From: Saprospiraceae bacterium
Lineage (GTDB): Bacteria > Bacteroidota > Bacteroidia > Chitinophagales > Saprospiraceae
Direction: 5' to 3'
Length of the DNA stretch: 64,000 bases
NCBI GenBank assembly: GCA_020631355.1
Contig: JAHDHL010000002.1
Location: forward strand, 291,317-355,316
Each line of letters opens with the position of its first letter. Position 1 is the stretch's first letter. Both the position numbers and the translations under genes were made by a program. The notes beneath the pieces are model-generated. The model saw only the letters and a list, made by a program, of their open reading frames with translations, was not told where the DNA came from and searched no databases. This document shows positions 40,814 through 49,897 of this stretch, piece after piece.

Positions 40814-40920
40814 AATTCGGGTAGCTGATACATAAAGAATTATCAGAACTACTCCACAAATATGATATAATATAAAAATGTCAAACAACCATAACCCCAC
40901 CCCCACTTTAATGGCTCAAC

Positions 40921-42060
40921 CTAATCCATTTTCATCATTTTATGTACCCCTAATATTCCTCCTGATTTTTCCTTGAGAACAATAAAATACAGACCATTCT
41001 CGAAAGAGGATACATCAAGATATTCATTTGCACTTATTTCTGTTTCATGCATCATTTCTCCTACCCCTGAATAAAAAATAACGGATACCGACGAGATACT
41101 TTCGTGGAGGTTTATACGAACATTTTCCCGAACAGGATTAGGAGAAATGGATGATAATTCTTGGGCTTCGTTATTGGGATTGTTCACGTTGACACTGAAA
41201 CAACCCAATTCCGTAATCTCAAAAGCACTGCTACACAGTGAGGGATTTCCCGAAATGGTAATACTACCTCCTATTGCACCCTCCGTACCCAAGAGGTCTT
41301 GGATGGCACAGCAATCATACAATAAATGGTTATCAATGATACCGAATGATTCCGCTACATGACTTAAGTTATATAAGGCATCTAAATTTGATAATTGCCC
41401 ATTATTATTCAACAACAGTCTTTCCCCAATATATTCAAGATGGTCCAAACCTTCCAAAGTAACCAGACTGTCATTCCCCGCTATCCATAATTCCTCCACT
41501 GATGAAATTCCCAAAAGGCCTGATATGCTTGTCAATGATGGATTCAAACGAATTAATATATCCCCATCCATACCCTCCACGTTTGATAATCCGTCCATAT
41601 TTATCAAACTATTATTCTGCATCACCCAAAGATGACCATCAATCCAGCTGACACTTGATAATGCATCTATATTCACCAAGTTATCATTATCCTTTATAAT
41701 CAACCCCCACCCAATTGAGTCCAGATGATCAAGCCCATCCAAGTTCACCAGGCTACTATTATTCGAAAACTCTAAGGCAACACCGATTTTTTCCAAGCTT
41801 GAAAGGCCATTCAAACTTGACAAGGTACTATTACCCAAAAAAACCAATGAGCCTTCAATCCTAGTCAGATTTGACAAATTCGTCAAATCGGTAACAGGAT
41901 CAGGATTATTAAAATCCCCAATGGATAGGCTACCATTGATTTCTGTGGTATTGATATCGAAAGCATCCATCTCGGCTTGGCTTGTTATCATTACATCCTG
42001 ACCGTAGGTCGGATTTAGAAACATGAGTATCATCAATATCAAGGAGGGAATCTTTGTCAT
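40921..42060 (-). CDS. Secreted LRR-like / receptor-L-domain-like repeat protein with a T9SS C-terminal domain
   Basis: Signal peptide MTKIPSLILMILMFLNPTYGQ. Repeats NxSLxxLxGLxxLxxIGG. C-terminal about 80 aa SISPNPVRENVRINL...GLYFIVLKEKSGG matches the T9SS C-terminal domain. Confidence 0.6.
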   Translation of the reverse strand: MTKIPSLILMILMFLNPTYGQDVMITSQAEMDAFDINTTEINGSLSIGDFNNPDPVTDLTNLSNLTRIEGSLVFLGNSTLSSLNGLSSLEKIGVALEFSNNSSLVNLDGLDHLDSIGWGLIIKDNDNLVNIDALSSVSWIDGHLWVMQNNSLINMDGLSNVEGMDGDILIRLNPSLTSISGLLGISSVEELWIAGNDSLVTLEGLDHLEYIGERLLLNNNGQLSNLDALYNLSHVAESFGIIDNHLLYDCCAIQDLLGTEGAIGGSITISGNPSLCSSAFEITELGCFSVNVNNPNNEAQELSSISPNPVRENVRINLHESISSVSVIFYSGVGEMMHETEISANEYLDVSSFENGLYFIVLKEKSGGILGVHKMMKMD

Positions 42061-42169
42061 TATGGGATATTTGGTGTAGTTGTAATCGTCTAAAATAATA
42101 AAAAATATAATGGCTGGCAATATACCTTTGGGATGTACAGTTCATACAAGAACAGATGCCATATGAAAA

Positions 42170-42592
42170 ATGTCCGTCCCTAATAACATCGATATACTAG
42201 ACCAACCCTTGGAAGAACCCACAACTGCTCCTCCTTTTCCGGGTAAGCGCGTCATATGGGTTGGTTTTGTTGTGAATGTCCTATTCATACTTTCCAAGTT
42301 CGTTTCCATTCTCCTGACGGTTCGTAAATACTGGAAGCTGAATGATGAACAGATAGAGATATACGAAGTGACCATCGCAACCCGTCAGTTCGGCACCATG
42401 GATAGGATAGGTCTCATCATGGCCCTGATAGGTATTATTTATTCACTGGTCATATATGATAAGCACAGGCCCAAACTCGGGTGGAATCAGAATACGTTCC
42501 GGTGGGCCAGCCCCTTGCTGTTTTTCAGCCTATTGATTTTCCTTTGTGCCCAACACCATTGGGTGGTATTCAGAATCCTATCGTTTCTTTAG
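42170..42592 (+). CDS. Small membrane protein, hypothetical
   Basis: 140 aa with 3 TM helices. 3' end overlaps the convergent tcdA by 4 bp. Confidence 0.4.
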   Translation: MSVPNNIDILDQPLEEPTTAPPFPGKRVIWVGFVVNVLFILSKFVSILLTVRKYWKLNDEQIEIYEVTIATRQFGTMDRIGLIMALIGIIYSLVIYDKHRPKLGWNQNTFRWASPLLFFSLLIFLCAQHHWVVFRILSFL

Positions 42593-43311
42593 TCCCTGTC
42601 CATGATATATCGGATAACATACTCGGACATATGCAATCCGAATAGGGCCGGCATATAGGAAATCGTACCGTAGAATGATTTCTTGTATTTTCCCTCTACT
42701 AATTTCAACGAACCCGGAGGTGGTGCTTCAGGAGAGAATACGACAGGGAATTTCCGTTTGATATTATCCCGCTTCAAACGTTTCTTTACTTTTTGTGCCA
42801 ATGGACAACCCGTAGTCTTCCATATGCTTCCTACCCTGACCAAGGAAGCATCCACTTTTCCACCTGCTCCCATCGAGCTGATGAATTTCTGCTTATTGAT
42901 CTTACAGGATTTGATGAAGTGCATCTTGGGTTTGAAACTATCAATACAATCACAGGCAAAATCGAACCCTCTTGCGGTTAGGTCCCACATAAAATCGGGT
43001 TCCTGGAATTCATCTATGATGGTCAGGTCGATATCCGGATTGATATCCCTCATTCTAGCCGCCATGGTCTGGGCCTTGGATTTCCCTACTGTGGAATCCA
43101 GGGCATGCAGTTGCCTATTCTTATTCGTAGGATCAAAAACATCACCATCAACAATGGTCATCTTCCCTACTCCGGCCCTACATAAGAAATCAGCGGCATA
43201 ACTCCCTACTCCACCCAAACCTACAACGAGTACATTCGCATTCCTCAATCGGTCCACGGCTTCCTTTCCAACCAGCAATTCGGTTCTTTCCAACCAATTC
43301 ACATCAGACAT
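42589..43311 (-). CDS. tcdA: tRNA threonylcarbamoyladenosine dehydratase (ThiF/MoeB-fold, CsdL/TcdA)
   Basis: 240 aa. LVVGLGGVGSYAADFLCRAGVGKMTIVDGDVFDPTNKNRQ Rossmann/E1-like motif and size typical of TcdA. Confidence 0.75.
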   Translation of the reverse strand: MSDVNWLERTELLVGKEAVDRLRNANVLVVGLGGVGSYAADFLCRAGVGKMTIVDGDVFDPTNKNRQLHALDSTVGKSKAQTMAARMRDINPDIDLTIIDEFQEPDFMWDLTARGFDFACDCIDSFKPKMHFIKSCKINKQKFISSMGAGGKVDASLVRVGSIWKTTGCPLAQKVKKRLKRDNIKRKFPVVFSPEAPPPGSLKLVEGKYKKSFYGTISYMPALFGLHMSEYVIRYIMDRD

Positions 43312-43620
43312 ATTCCTTTGTATTATTTCGATTTTCCTAAAATGATGGCTAAAATATTAAGCCATTCCACAAATTCATAATGGACGATGATTTTCAATGG
43401 GATTTTTCTTCACCAAGGGATTCATTCCTTTTGGGTTTCATCTCCTCATGATTACCCAATCTAGATTATTCGCATTCAGATTATCCATAATCTGATGAAT
43501 ATGAAGCGCTTCAATATATAATTATACAAATAATTTGCGTTAACATTAAAACTTGAATAGCTTCACGACTGTAAATAGAAGTAAAACCCTTAACTTTGTT
43601 AGTAAAGTAAATGACATAAT

Positions 43621-44292
43621 ATGGATCGTTTATTATCAACTGTAAAAATACAAGTCAACCCAAACACCTATCTCAAGGACCCTGATTCCAGTGAATTGGG
43701 TAGAAAAATCATTTCTGGCTCCATTGAACTACTTCACGAAATAGGATTCGAGCATTTCACATTCAAGAAGCTGGCCAAGGCCATTTCCTCAACAGAGGCT
43801 TCCATATACCGGTATTTTGAGAATAAATACAAGATCCTTTTGTTCCTTAATAGTTGGTATTGGGGATGGATGGAATATCGTCTCGTCTTCGGAACAGCTA
43901 ATATAGCAGACCCTTTGGAGCGTTATATGAAAGCGGTCAAAATCCTAACGGAAGGAGTGAACCACACTTCATCGAGTCATATCAATGAGGAAAAGTTATA
44001 TGATGTCATCATCTCAGAAGCTTCAAAGGCTTACCTGACGAGGGAAGTTGATACAGAAAATAGCAAGGGGGTTTTCTTGAAGTACAAACGAGTAGTGGAA
44101 AGGGTAAGCGAAATGATTCTCGTCGTGAATCCGAAATTCAAGTATTCGCATATGCTTGTCTCCACCATCATAGAGGGAGCATATAACCAACGATACTTCA
44201 GTCTGCATCTACCCCGTCTGACCGATGTGGTCGAAGGTGAGGATTCCATTGTGGAATTCTTCCAACAAATGGCTGTAAAGGCCATTAAGTAA
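43621..44292 (+). CDS. TetR/AcrR-family transcriptional regulator
   Basis: N-terminal HTH FTFKKLAKAISSTEASIYRYFENKYKIL. 223 aa. Confidence 0.7.
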   Translation: MDRLLSTVKIQVNPNTYLKDPDSSELGRKIISGSIELLHEIGFEHFTFKKLAKAISSTEASIYRYFENKYKILLFLNSWYWGWMEYRLVFGTANIADPLERYMKAVKILTEGVNHTSSSHINEEKLYDVIISEASKAYLTREVDTENSKGVFLKYKRVVERVSEMILVVNPKFKYSHMLVSTIIEGAYNQRYFSLHLPRLTDVVEGEDSIVEFFQQMAVKAIK

Positions 44293-44330
44293 AAAAATAG
44301 GCCATCCGATTTAAATCGAATGGCCTATTG
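44291..44330. terminator. Long hairpin terminator between convergent genes
   Basis: ataggccatccgattt / aaatcgaatggcctat (16-bp stem, one mismatch) with an A7 run upstream. This gives a U7 tract after the hairpin for the minus-strand TPR gene. Confidence 0.5.
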
Positions 44331-44348
44331 TCCTGAGCAATCGTACAA

Positions 44349-45593
44349 TTAGTCTATACAAAAATACTGCATGTAGTCATTGGCTTTCAGATACCCCAAA
44401 TGCTCGCTCTTTCTCAAATCCTCACATGCCGCAGTACTATCCAATAAAATGATTCTGACCAATGCCCGGTTGAAGTAAGCTTCGGCAAAATCCTCCTTGA
44501 TTTCGATGGCTTTCGAATAATCCTGCAATGCTTCCCAATGCATACCAAATACCACATAGAGATTGGCCCTGTTCTTATAGACATAAGGGTTGTCCGGGTC
44601 CTGCTCAATGGCCATTTCCAAATCATTCAGGGCTCCTGTAAAATCACCTAAAGTTTTCTTTGCGAGCCCTCTATTCATATAGGCTTCGCTCCATTTATCC
44701 TCATCATTGTTATTGATAATGGTATCATAGTCAGAAATGGCCTTTCTGACCTCTCCTAAGGATTTGTGCAGCATCGCTCTGTCAAAGTATGCCTTGGTCA
44801 ATCCTTGCTCTAGTTCAATGGCATGGTCATAATACTTCTTGGCCTTATCCTTATTGTTCCTGCGCTGCTCCAATCGTCCCAGATTATACCATGCTATGGA
44901 GAAGTTGGGGTTCAGATTCACTGCCTTATTCAGATAAGAAAAAGCAAGCTCGTATTCTCCCTGCTCCAATTGTATCACACCCAATAGGTCATTGACAATA
45001 AAAGAAGATGGATGCGCCACTAACACACTATCCAATAATTCTTCTGCTACGGTCCATTCCTCATTCTCCATCAATACCGTAGCCTCCAGAATACGCTCAT
45101 AATCCAATGCATCCAAGGTTGATGCAGTATCCATTCCCATTAGTTCATCCATATAGAATGCCATCCTTTCATCCACTCCGGGATACTCCATGTAGGCCTG
45201 CGGATTGATATCGAATTCTTTCATCAATCCATTCTGACCATTGTATCCATATATATTGGCTGCATATGGATTCAACCTGGATGCAATCATCATATCATTA
45301 CGAGCATCCGACAGCATACCTAAACGTTGCTTGAGGTTCGCCCTTAATACGTATGCCTCAGCAGAACCAGGATGTTCCGCTATCGCATTATCCAAATGCA
45401 GGAGGGCCCTTTCGAAGTCTAACATCTGTATGTTAACCCTTGCTTGTTGTAGTGACTGATAGTTATCCCCTAGGTTTTCTGTGGTATATACTCTACCTAT
45501 GGAAGCATTCCTAAGCCATCTTCCACCCTGTGCATACATATCTATAGATAAGCATGCCAACAGTATCATTATCATCCAAAATTTACTTTTCAT
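44349..45593 (-). CDS. Secreted tetratricopeptide-repeat (TPR) protein
   Basis: Signal peptide MKSKFWMIMILLACLSIDMYAQ. Multiple TPR motifs (W..LG.....A...Y..A). Confidence 0.65.
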   Translation of the reverse strand: MKSKFWMIMILLACLSIDMYAQGGRWLRNASIGRVYTTENLGDNYQSLQQARVNIQMLDFERALLHLDNAIAEHPGSAEAYVLRANLKQRLGMLSDARNDMMIASRLNPYAANIYGYNGQNGLMKEFDINPQAYMEYPGVDERMAFYMDELMGMDTASTLDALDYERILEATVLMENEEWTVAEELLDSVLVAHPSSFIVNDLLGVIQLEQGEYELAFSYLNKAVNLNPNFSIAWYNLGRLEQRRNNKDKAKKYYDHAIELEQGLTKAYFDRAMLHKSLGEVRKAISDYDTIINNNDEDKWSEAYMNRGLAKKTLGDFTGALNDLEMAIEQDPDNPYVYKNRANLYVVFGMHWEALQDYSKAIEIKEDFAEAYFNRALVRIILLDSTAACEDLRKSEHLGYLKANDYMQYFCID

Positions 45594-45739
45594 AGTCCTG
45601 TATATTTTCGAGTTGAAAAAATTATTCACATCTATTGAACAATTACTTTTAGATAATGTTCTAAATACAAACAACATTAATAGTATAACTATCAATAAAC
45701 AATTTAACAACTATTATTTCTTTTAAAACCTGTAACACT

Positions 45740-46576
45740 ATGAAAAAGATATCAAAGTTATTAGCCCTCTTAGTAGCGGTCATGTTTATCAGTAGCTGTA
45801 CCGTAGTTAGACAAGGAGAGGTTGGCGTAAAGAGAAAGTGGGGTAAGTATTCAGACACCCCGTATACCCAAGGTCTGAAGATGTTCAATCCGTTTACGGC
45901 TAAGATCGTAAAGGTTCCTGTCCAGACGGAAAATCTGGAAGTAGCCCTAATGCTTCCTTCCAAGGAGGGATTGAATATCGGAGCGGAGATTTCCATCCTT
46001 TATAATGTAATCCCAGAAAGAGCCCCTGACCTACTAAGAAATGTAGGATTGAACTACGAAAGGAATGTCATTCTTCCTGTATTCAGATCGGCGATTGCTG
46101 ATGTCTCATCCAAATTCTTTGCTAAGGACATGCATACTGGACAAAGGAGTGAGATTGAGGTAGAAATCAGGGACCATATGGATAATATCCTAGTAGAAAA
46201 GGGACTCAAGGTAGAAGCCGTACTCTTTAAGAGTATCAAATTACCTCCCAACCTAGCCAGAGCCATTGAGGAAAAACTAGAAGCGGAGCAACAAGCTCTT
46301 AGGATGGAATTCGTATTGCAGGAAGCACAACGTGAGGCTGAGCGCAAGAGAATCGAGGCCGAGGGTGTCAGGGATGCACAGAAAATCATCGCCGAGGGAT
46401 TGAGTGCCGAAATACTACAGTTCAAGTCGATTGAGGCATTCATGAATCTTGCGAATTCGCCCAATACCAAAGTCATCATATCGGATGGGGATATGCCGAT
46501 GCTCATGGATTCAGAACCTGCGCAGAAAGTATCACAGCCACAAAAAATCAACAACGAAAGAGTTTTCATGGACTAG
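45740..46576 (+). CDS. SPFH/band-7 (prohibitin/HflC-like) lipoprotein
   Basis: Lipobox VMFISSC. SPFH core followed by a charged coiled coil EAEQQALRMEFVLQEAQREAERKRIEAEG. Confidence 0.75.
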   Translation: MKKISKLLALLVAVMFISSCTVVRQGEVGVKRKWGKYSDTPYTQGLKMFNPFTAKIVKVPVQTENLEVALMLPSKEGLNIGAEISILYNVIPERAPDLLRNVGLNYERNVILPVFRSAIADVSSKFFAKDMHTGQRSEIEVEIRDHMDNILVEKGLKVEAVLFKSIKLPPNLARAIEEKLEAEQQALRMEFVLQEAQREAERKRIEAEGVRDAQKIIAEGLSAEILQFKSIEAFMNLANSPNTKVIISDGDMPMLMDSEPAQKVSQPQKINNERVFMD

Positions 46577-46670
46577 GTGAATGGTCACCTGAAAGTAGAT
46601 TTGTGTCATACCGTTGCAGGGGAGTCGCTAGCTCCCCTGCCATTATCAAACATTCAGAAAAGCACTAAAA

Positions 46671-47198
46671 ATGGACAGAAGCTGCATTAATCATAGAATC
46701 GCCCAATTACAACACCCTCTACTACAACTCGCTCAAAAATTGACCAAGGACCCCGTTGATGCCATGGATCTTTTCCAAGAAACGGCATTGAGGGCCGTAA
46801 GAAAATCACATCTATACAAGGATGTCGAAGGTTCGAATCTCAAGGCATGGCTCAAGACCATCATGAGGAATATCTTCATCAACAACTACAGACAAAAACG
46901 TAAGAAAAATACATTTTACGATATCACTGAAAACACACATATCATCAATAGCCTAAACCCATCCGCCAACAGGGGTGAGAACCACTTACTAATGGAAGAA
47001 TTGAAAGCCATTCTGAATAAGTTGGACGATGATAAGAAGACTCCTTTCATCATGCATTACAAAGGATATAGCTACAATGAGATAGCAGAAAAACTCGATC
47101 TTCCGTTAGGAACCATCAAAAGCAAGATATTCTACGCAAGAAAAGAAATGAAAAGAGATATCCAACACAAGTATGGCGAGCGTCCCGTACTGTGTTAA
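46671..47198 (+). CDS. RNA polymerase ECF-type sigma-70 factor
   Basis: Region-2-like DLFQETALRAVRK...AWLKTIMRNIFIN. Region-4 HTH YKGYSYNEIAEKLDLPLGTIKSKIFYARKEMK. Confidence 0.8.
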   Translation: MDRSCINHRIAQLQHPLLQLAQKLTKDPVDAMDLFQETALRAVRKSHLYKDVEGSNLKAWLKTIMRNIFINNYRQKRKKNTFYDITENTHIINSLNPSANRGENHLLMEELKAILNKLDDDKKTPFIMHYKGYSYNEIAEKLDLPLGTIKSKIFYARKEMKRDIQHKYGERPVLC

Positions 47199-47254
47199 TC
47201 ACTCGACACATCATGTAAAAGCACTATAATTTCGTATTCTGTTCTTTATTTCCA

Positions 47255-47287
47255 GCCAAGGTTGAAAGGTCAACCTTGGCTTTTTTT
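47255..47287 (+). terminator. Rho-independent terminator after the ECF sigma gene
   Basis: Perfect 10-11-bp stem gccaaggttg(a)/(t)caaccttggc followed by TTTTTTT. The hairpin includes the last codons and stop of the convergent TatD gene. Confidence 0.6.
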
Positions 47288-47971
47288 AATAACCGATACC
47301 GTCGGAATCCCAATACCAGAAGCGTATTTGTTGATTCTCTCTATCAATCCGTTGATGGGAGTGTCCAAAATTCGGGAAGCACATTGGTATATTTCCCCAA
47401 TATGAATATCCGTATCATCCGTTTCCAGAAAGAAAGGCCCTTGGATATATTGTTGTAATATACGGTATGCGGATGAGGTATCGGAAAGAATATGATGACC
47501 GAATGAGAACAGGAGCCCCTCATCCGCCAACATCCTATAGATGGATGCCCTTTTATTGAAACCATGCACAATGAGTGGCACTTTGGGATTGACCCTACGG
47601 ATACTGGCAATGAGTTCGGAATAGGCACGGACACAATGAATCGTAACGGGTTTGTTATATTGGGCAGCCATATCCAATTGTTGTTCGAATACGGTTTGCT
47701 GGACTCTCATATCGGGCCCTTGTAAGGCATCCAGTCCACACTCACCTATGGTACATACCCTATCCTTTCCCAATTGGCTTCCCATCCACTCCAAATCAGA
47801 ACCCATTCTCTCCTCATTGATGTACCAAGGATGAATCCCAACCGAATAATACTCGGATTTTTCCACAGCTTCCTTTTCCTGGGTGTGGATACTCCTAATA
47901 CTTAGTATGCCTTTTTCTATGTGATTCTTATGTGTATGGAAGTCCAACATCATGTCCCAAACATAGGTCAT
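47270..47971 (-). CDS. TatD-family metal-dependent hydrolase (DNase)
   Basis: DFHTH, GECGLD and IHCVRA motifs. 233 aa. Confidence 0.75.
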   Translation of the reverse strand: MTYVWDMMLDFHTHKNHIEKGILSIRSIHTQEKEAVEKSEYYSVGIHPWYINEERMGSDLEWMGSQLGKDRVCTIGECGLDALQGPDMRVQQTVFEQQLDMAAQYNKPVTIHCVRAYSELIASIRRVNPKVPLIVHGFNKRASIYRMLADEGLLFSFGHHILSDTSSAYRILQQYIQGPFFLETDDTDIHIGEIYQCASRILDTPINGLIERINKYASGIGIPTVSVIKKSQG

Positions 47972-47977
47972 AAATCA

Positions 47978-48008
47978 AAAAAAGGCAACTGTACCTTTGT
48001 ACAGCTGC
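47978..48008 (-). terminator. Terminator downstream of the 48033 gene
   Basis: gcaactgtac/gtacagctgc stem with an A7 run on plus, which gives a U7 tract on the minus transcript. Confidence 0.4.
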
Positions 48009-48032
48009 CCCCAAATAAATATTTTGATCGAA

Positions 48033-48437
48033 TTAAGCCATAATTAGTTTCCCTTTCGCTCTGAGCTTTTCCAACTTCTTCTTGTACTTCTCAGTCTCAA
48101 GTAGACGACGGTACTTCTCTGGCTGGGGATTCTTGCGAATAAAATAAGCTTCTCCCGTAACAGGATCAGTCATTTTAATCTTACTCTCGTCAGTATCCAA
48201 TGACGGAACCTCCAAGTGGGATGTGGGGGTGATAACACCTCCGTTAATAATGTTCAATTCTCCGGGGTCAGGAGCATTCTCCTCCAATTCTTCAGGGATT
48301 TCCTCAGTATGTACATCCCCGATAATAGATGAAACTGGCTGAGCTGCACGTTTTTGTATTTTTTGTGTCGAACTTTGTCCAAGTGCCATTGTAGCACTGA
48401 ATGTAAGGGCCAGCATCAGTAAAGTTAACTGTTTCAT
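48033..48437 (-). CDS. Small secreted protein carrying the shared C-module
   Basis: Signal peptide MKQLTLLMLALTFSATMALGQ. C-module GVITPTSHLEVPS...FIRKNPQPEKYRRLLETEKYKKKLEKLRAKGKLIMA is homologous to the C-terminus of the 49360 product. Confidence 0.5.
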   Translation of the reverse strand: MKQLTLLMLALTFSATMALGQSSTQKIQKRAAQPVSSIIGDVHTEEIPEELEENAPDPGELNIINGGVITPTSHLEVPSLDTDESKIKMTDPVTGEAYFIRKNPQPEKYRRLLETEKYKKKLEKLRAKGKLIMA

Positions 48438-49066
48438 AATTCGAATGTTTGTTCTCAATAGGATGTAAGTCAATAGATTACATTTTCTCATGTTTGTTCA
48501 TCAATCTATTCAAAATACTACATCACAATGTTTTAAATATTATATTTTTCATAATATCAACATCCGTGCCATTTTACACAACAAAACAATTACAAATTGT
48601 TAAATTCATTGCCATGGAAACTATTTAACATTTTATTTAATATTTAAAAATGTTGTCATTAATTGGGCGAATGACCCATTTGAGAAAAGAAAATTAGAAC
48701 CAGACAGCTATAACCACAGAATATTTGATTCAATACAGGTACTTCCAAATAAAAGAACAAGGCCAAAAATGACAATTCCTGACACTTTAGCCGTCGTTTC
48801 CGTAATCACGCGCATGCATCATTTCCTTTAGCTATAAATACAATTGATTAATTTGTGAGCAATAATGGGATGTATACACATGTTGAAAAGAACTCTGCTC
48901 TCCTACCCTAGCAAAATTAAGCTAGGAAAAATATCTCATTTATTGCGGGAGTAGACATTGTACTGTATCTTGGGAGAATCAGCACCTAATGGCGGGCTAC
49001 TGCGTCTACCCAAAACAATCAGACAAATCACGGCCCCACACATTTCGAAACATCAATTTCCAGCAT

Positions 49067-49285
49067 ATGCAACCCTACGAATATAAGGTCGTCAAATTCA
49101 ACCCCATCAAACGGTTGATTCCTTTCAAAATCATCAAGGAAGATGAGATAGAGGATATCATCAATCAATTGGGGAAATTGGGATGGTCCTTGGTCTCGAC
49201 TTCAAACATCCTACAAGGAGGTTCTACCAAGGAAACCATACTTTACTTCAGTAGACCGGCCAAGCGACTGGAAGAAATGGTATAA
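49067..49285 (+). CDS. Small DUF4177-like cytoplasmic protein
   Basis: MQPYEYKVVKF...LGKLGWSLVS...ILYFSRP pattern. Start uncertain: the ORF is open from 48989. Confidence 0.4.
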   Translation: MQPYEYKVVKFNPIKRLIPFKIIKEDEIEDIINQLGKLGWSLVSTSNILQGGSTKETILYFSRPAKRLEEMV

Positions 49286-49326
49286 AAAAAGCGGCCTTGC
49301 CCAAAGGCAAGACCGCTTGATTTATG
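49284..49326. terminator. Bidirectional terminator
   Basis: aaaaaaa-gcggccttgcc-caaa-ggcaagaccgc-ttgatttat, an 11-bp stem with one mismatch between convergent genes. Confidence 0.55.
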
Positions 49327-49359
49327 AAAAAACGTAAGTATTCCATGCTGTCCCAAGGC

Positions 49360-49884
49360 CTATGCGAAAATCAATTCTCCCTTGGCCTTGAGTTCTTCCA
49401 ATTTTTTCTTGTATTCTTCTGACTCAATTAATTCCAGAAACTTAGCAGGAGCAGGATTTTTCCTCTTGAATATTTCCTCGCCTCCCTTTTCCGAACCTAT
49501 TGGAATCATTTCCTCATTCTCATCGGATGAAACCTCCAGATGGCTCGTAGGCGTAATCACTCCTACCTCCAATACTTCTACTTCGGAATCTTCCGTTTCT
49601 TTTTCTGACGCTGCTTGCGGATCATATCCAAGGGCTTTCATACGCTCCCTCCGATTCAATTCCGCAATCATATCCTCGGTAATCCGGACTTCCTGTCCTA
49701 CGGTATACTGATCTAGATCCAGTTGGTTCAGTACATCCTGATCCGTTGATGTCGAATCCTTGATGATGACGGTTGTCTGGCCATTCATCCTATCCTGGTA
49801 GGTATCCTTGATGACCTCGTCCTGCGCCAATAGCGCTGTTCCCAAGAAAAGCAGAAGAATACTATAGATGATTGATATTCTCAT
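49360..49884 (-). CDS. Small secreted protein with shared N-module plus shared C-module
   Basis: Signal peptide. N-module GQTTVIIKDSTSTDQDVLNQLDLDQYTVGQEVRIT, as in the 29287 product. C-module GVITPTSHLEV...FKRKNPAPAKFLELIESEEYKKKLEELKAKGELIFA, as in the 48033 product. 13 bp downstream of the OmpA-family gene. Confidence 0.5.
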   Translation of the reverse strand: MRISIIYSILLLFLGTALLAQDEVIKDTYQDRMNGQTTVIIKDSTSTDQDVLNQLDLDQYTVGQEVRITEDMIAELNRRERMKALGYDPQAASEKETEDSEVEVLEVGVITPTSHLEVSSDENEEMIPIGSEKGGEEIFKRKNPAPAKFLELIESEEYKKKLEELKAKGELIFA

Positions 49885-49897
49885 AAACTAAGTGTTT

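Noticed and set aside
43540-43600. Short inverted repeat ACTTT-gttagta-AAGT upstream of the TetR gene as its operator
   Set aside because: Only a 5-bp arm, so too weak to call. Mentioned for completeness.
46829-46840. tRNA-like TpsiC-arm motif GGTTCGAATC
   Set aside because: It lies inside the ECF sigma coding sequence (codons for VEGSNLK). No acceptor or anticodon stem can be built around it.
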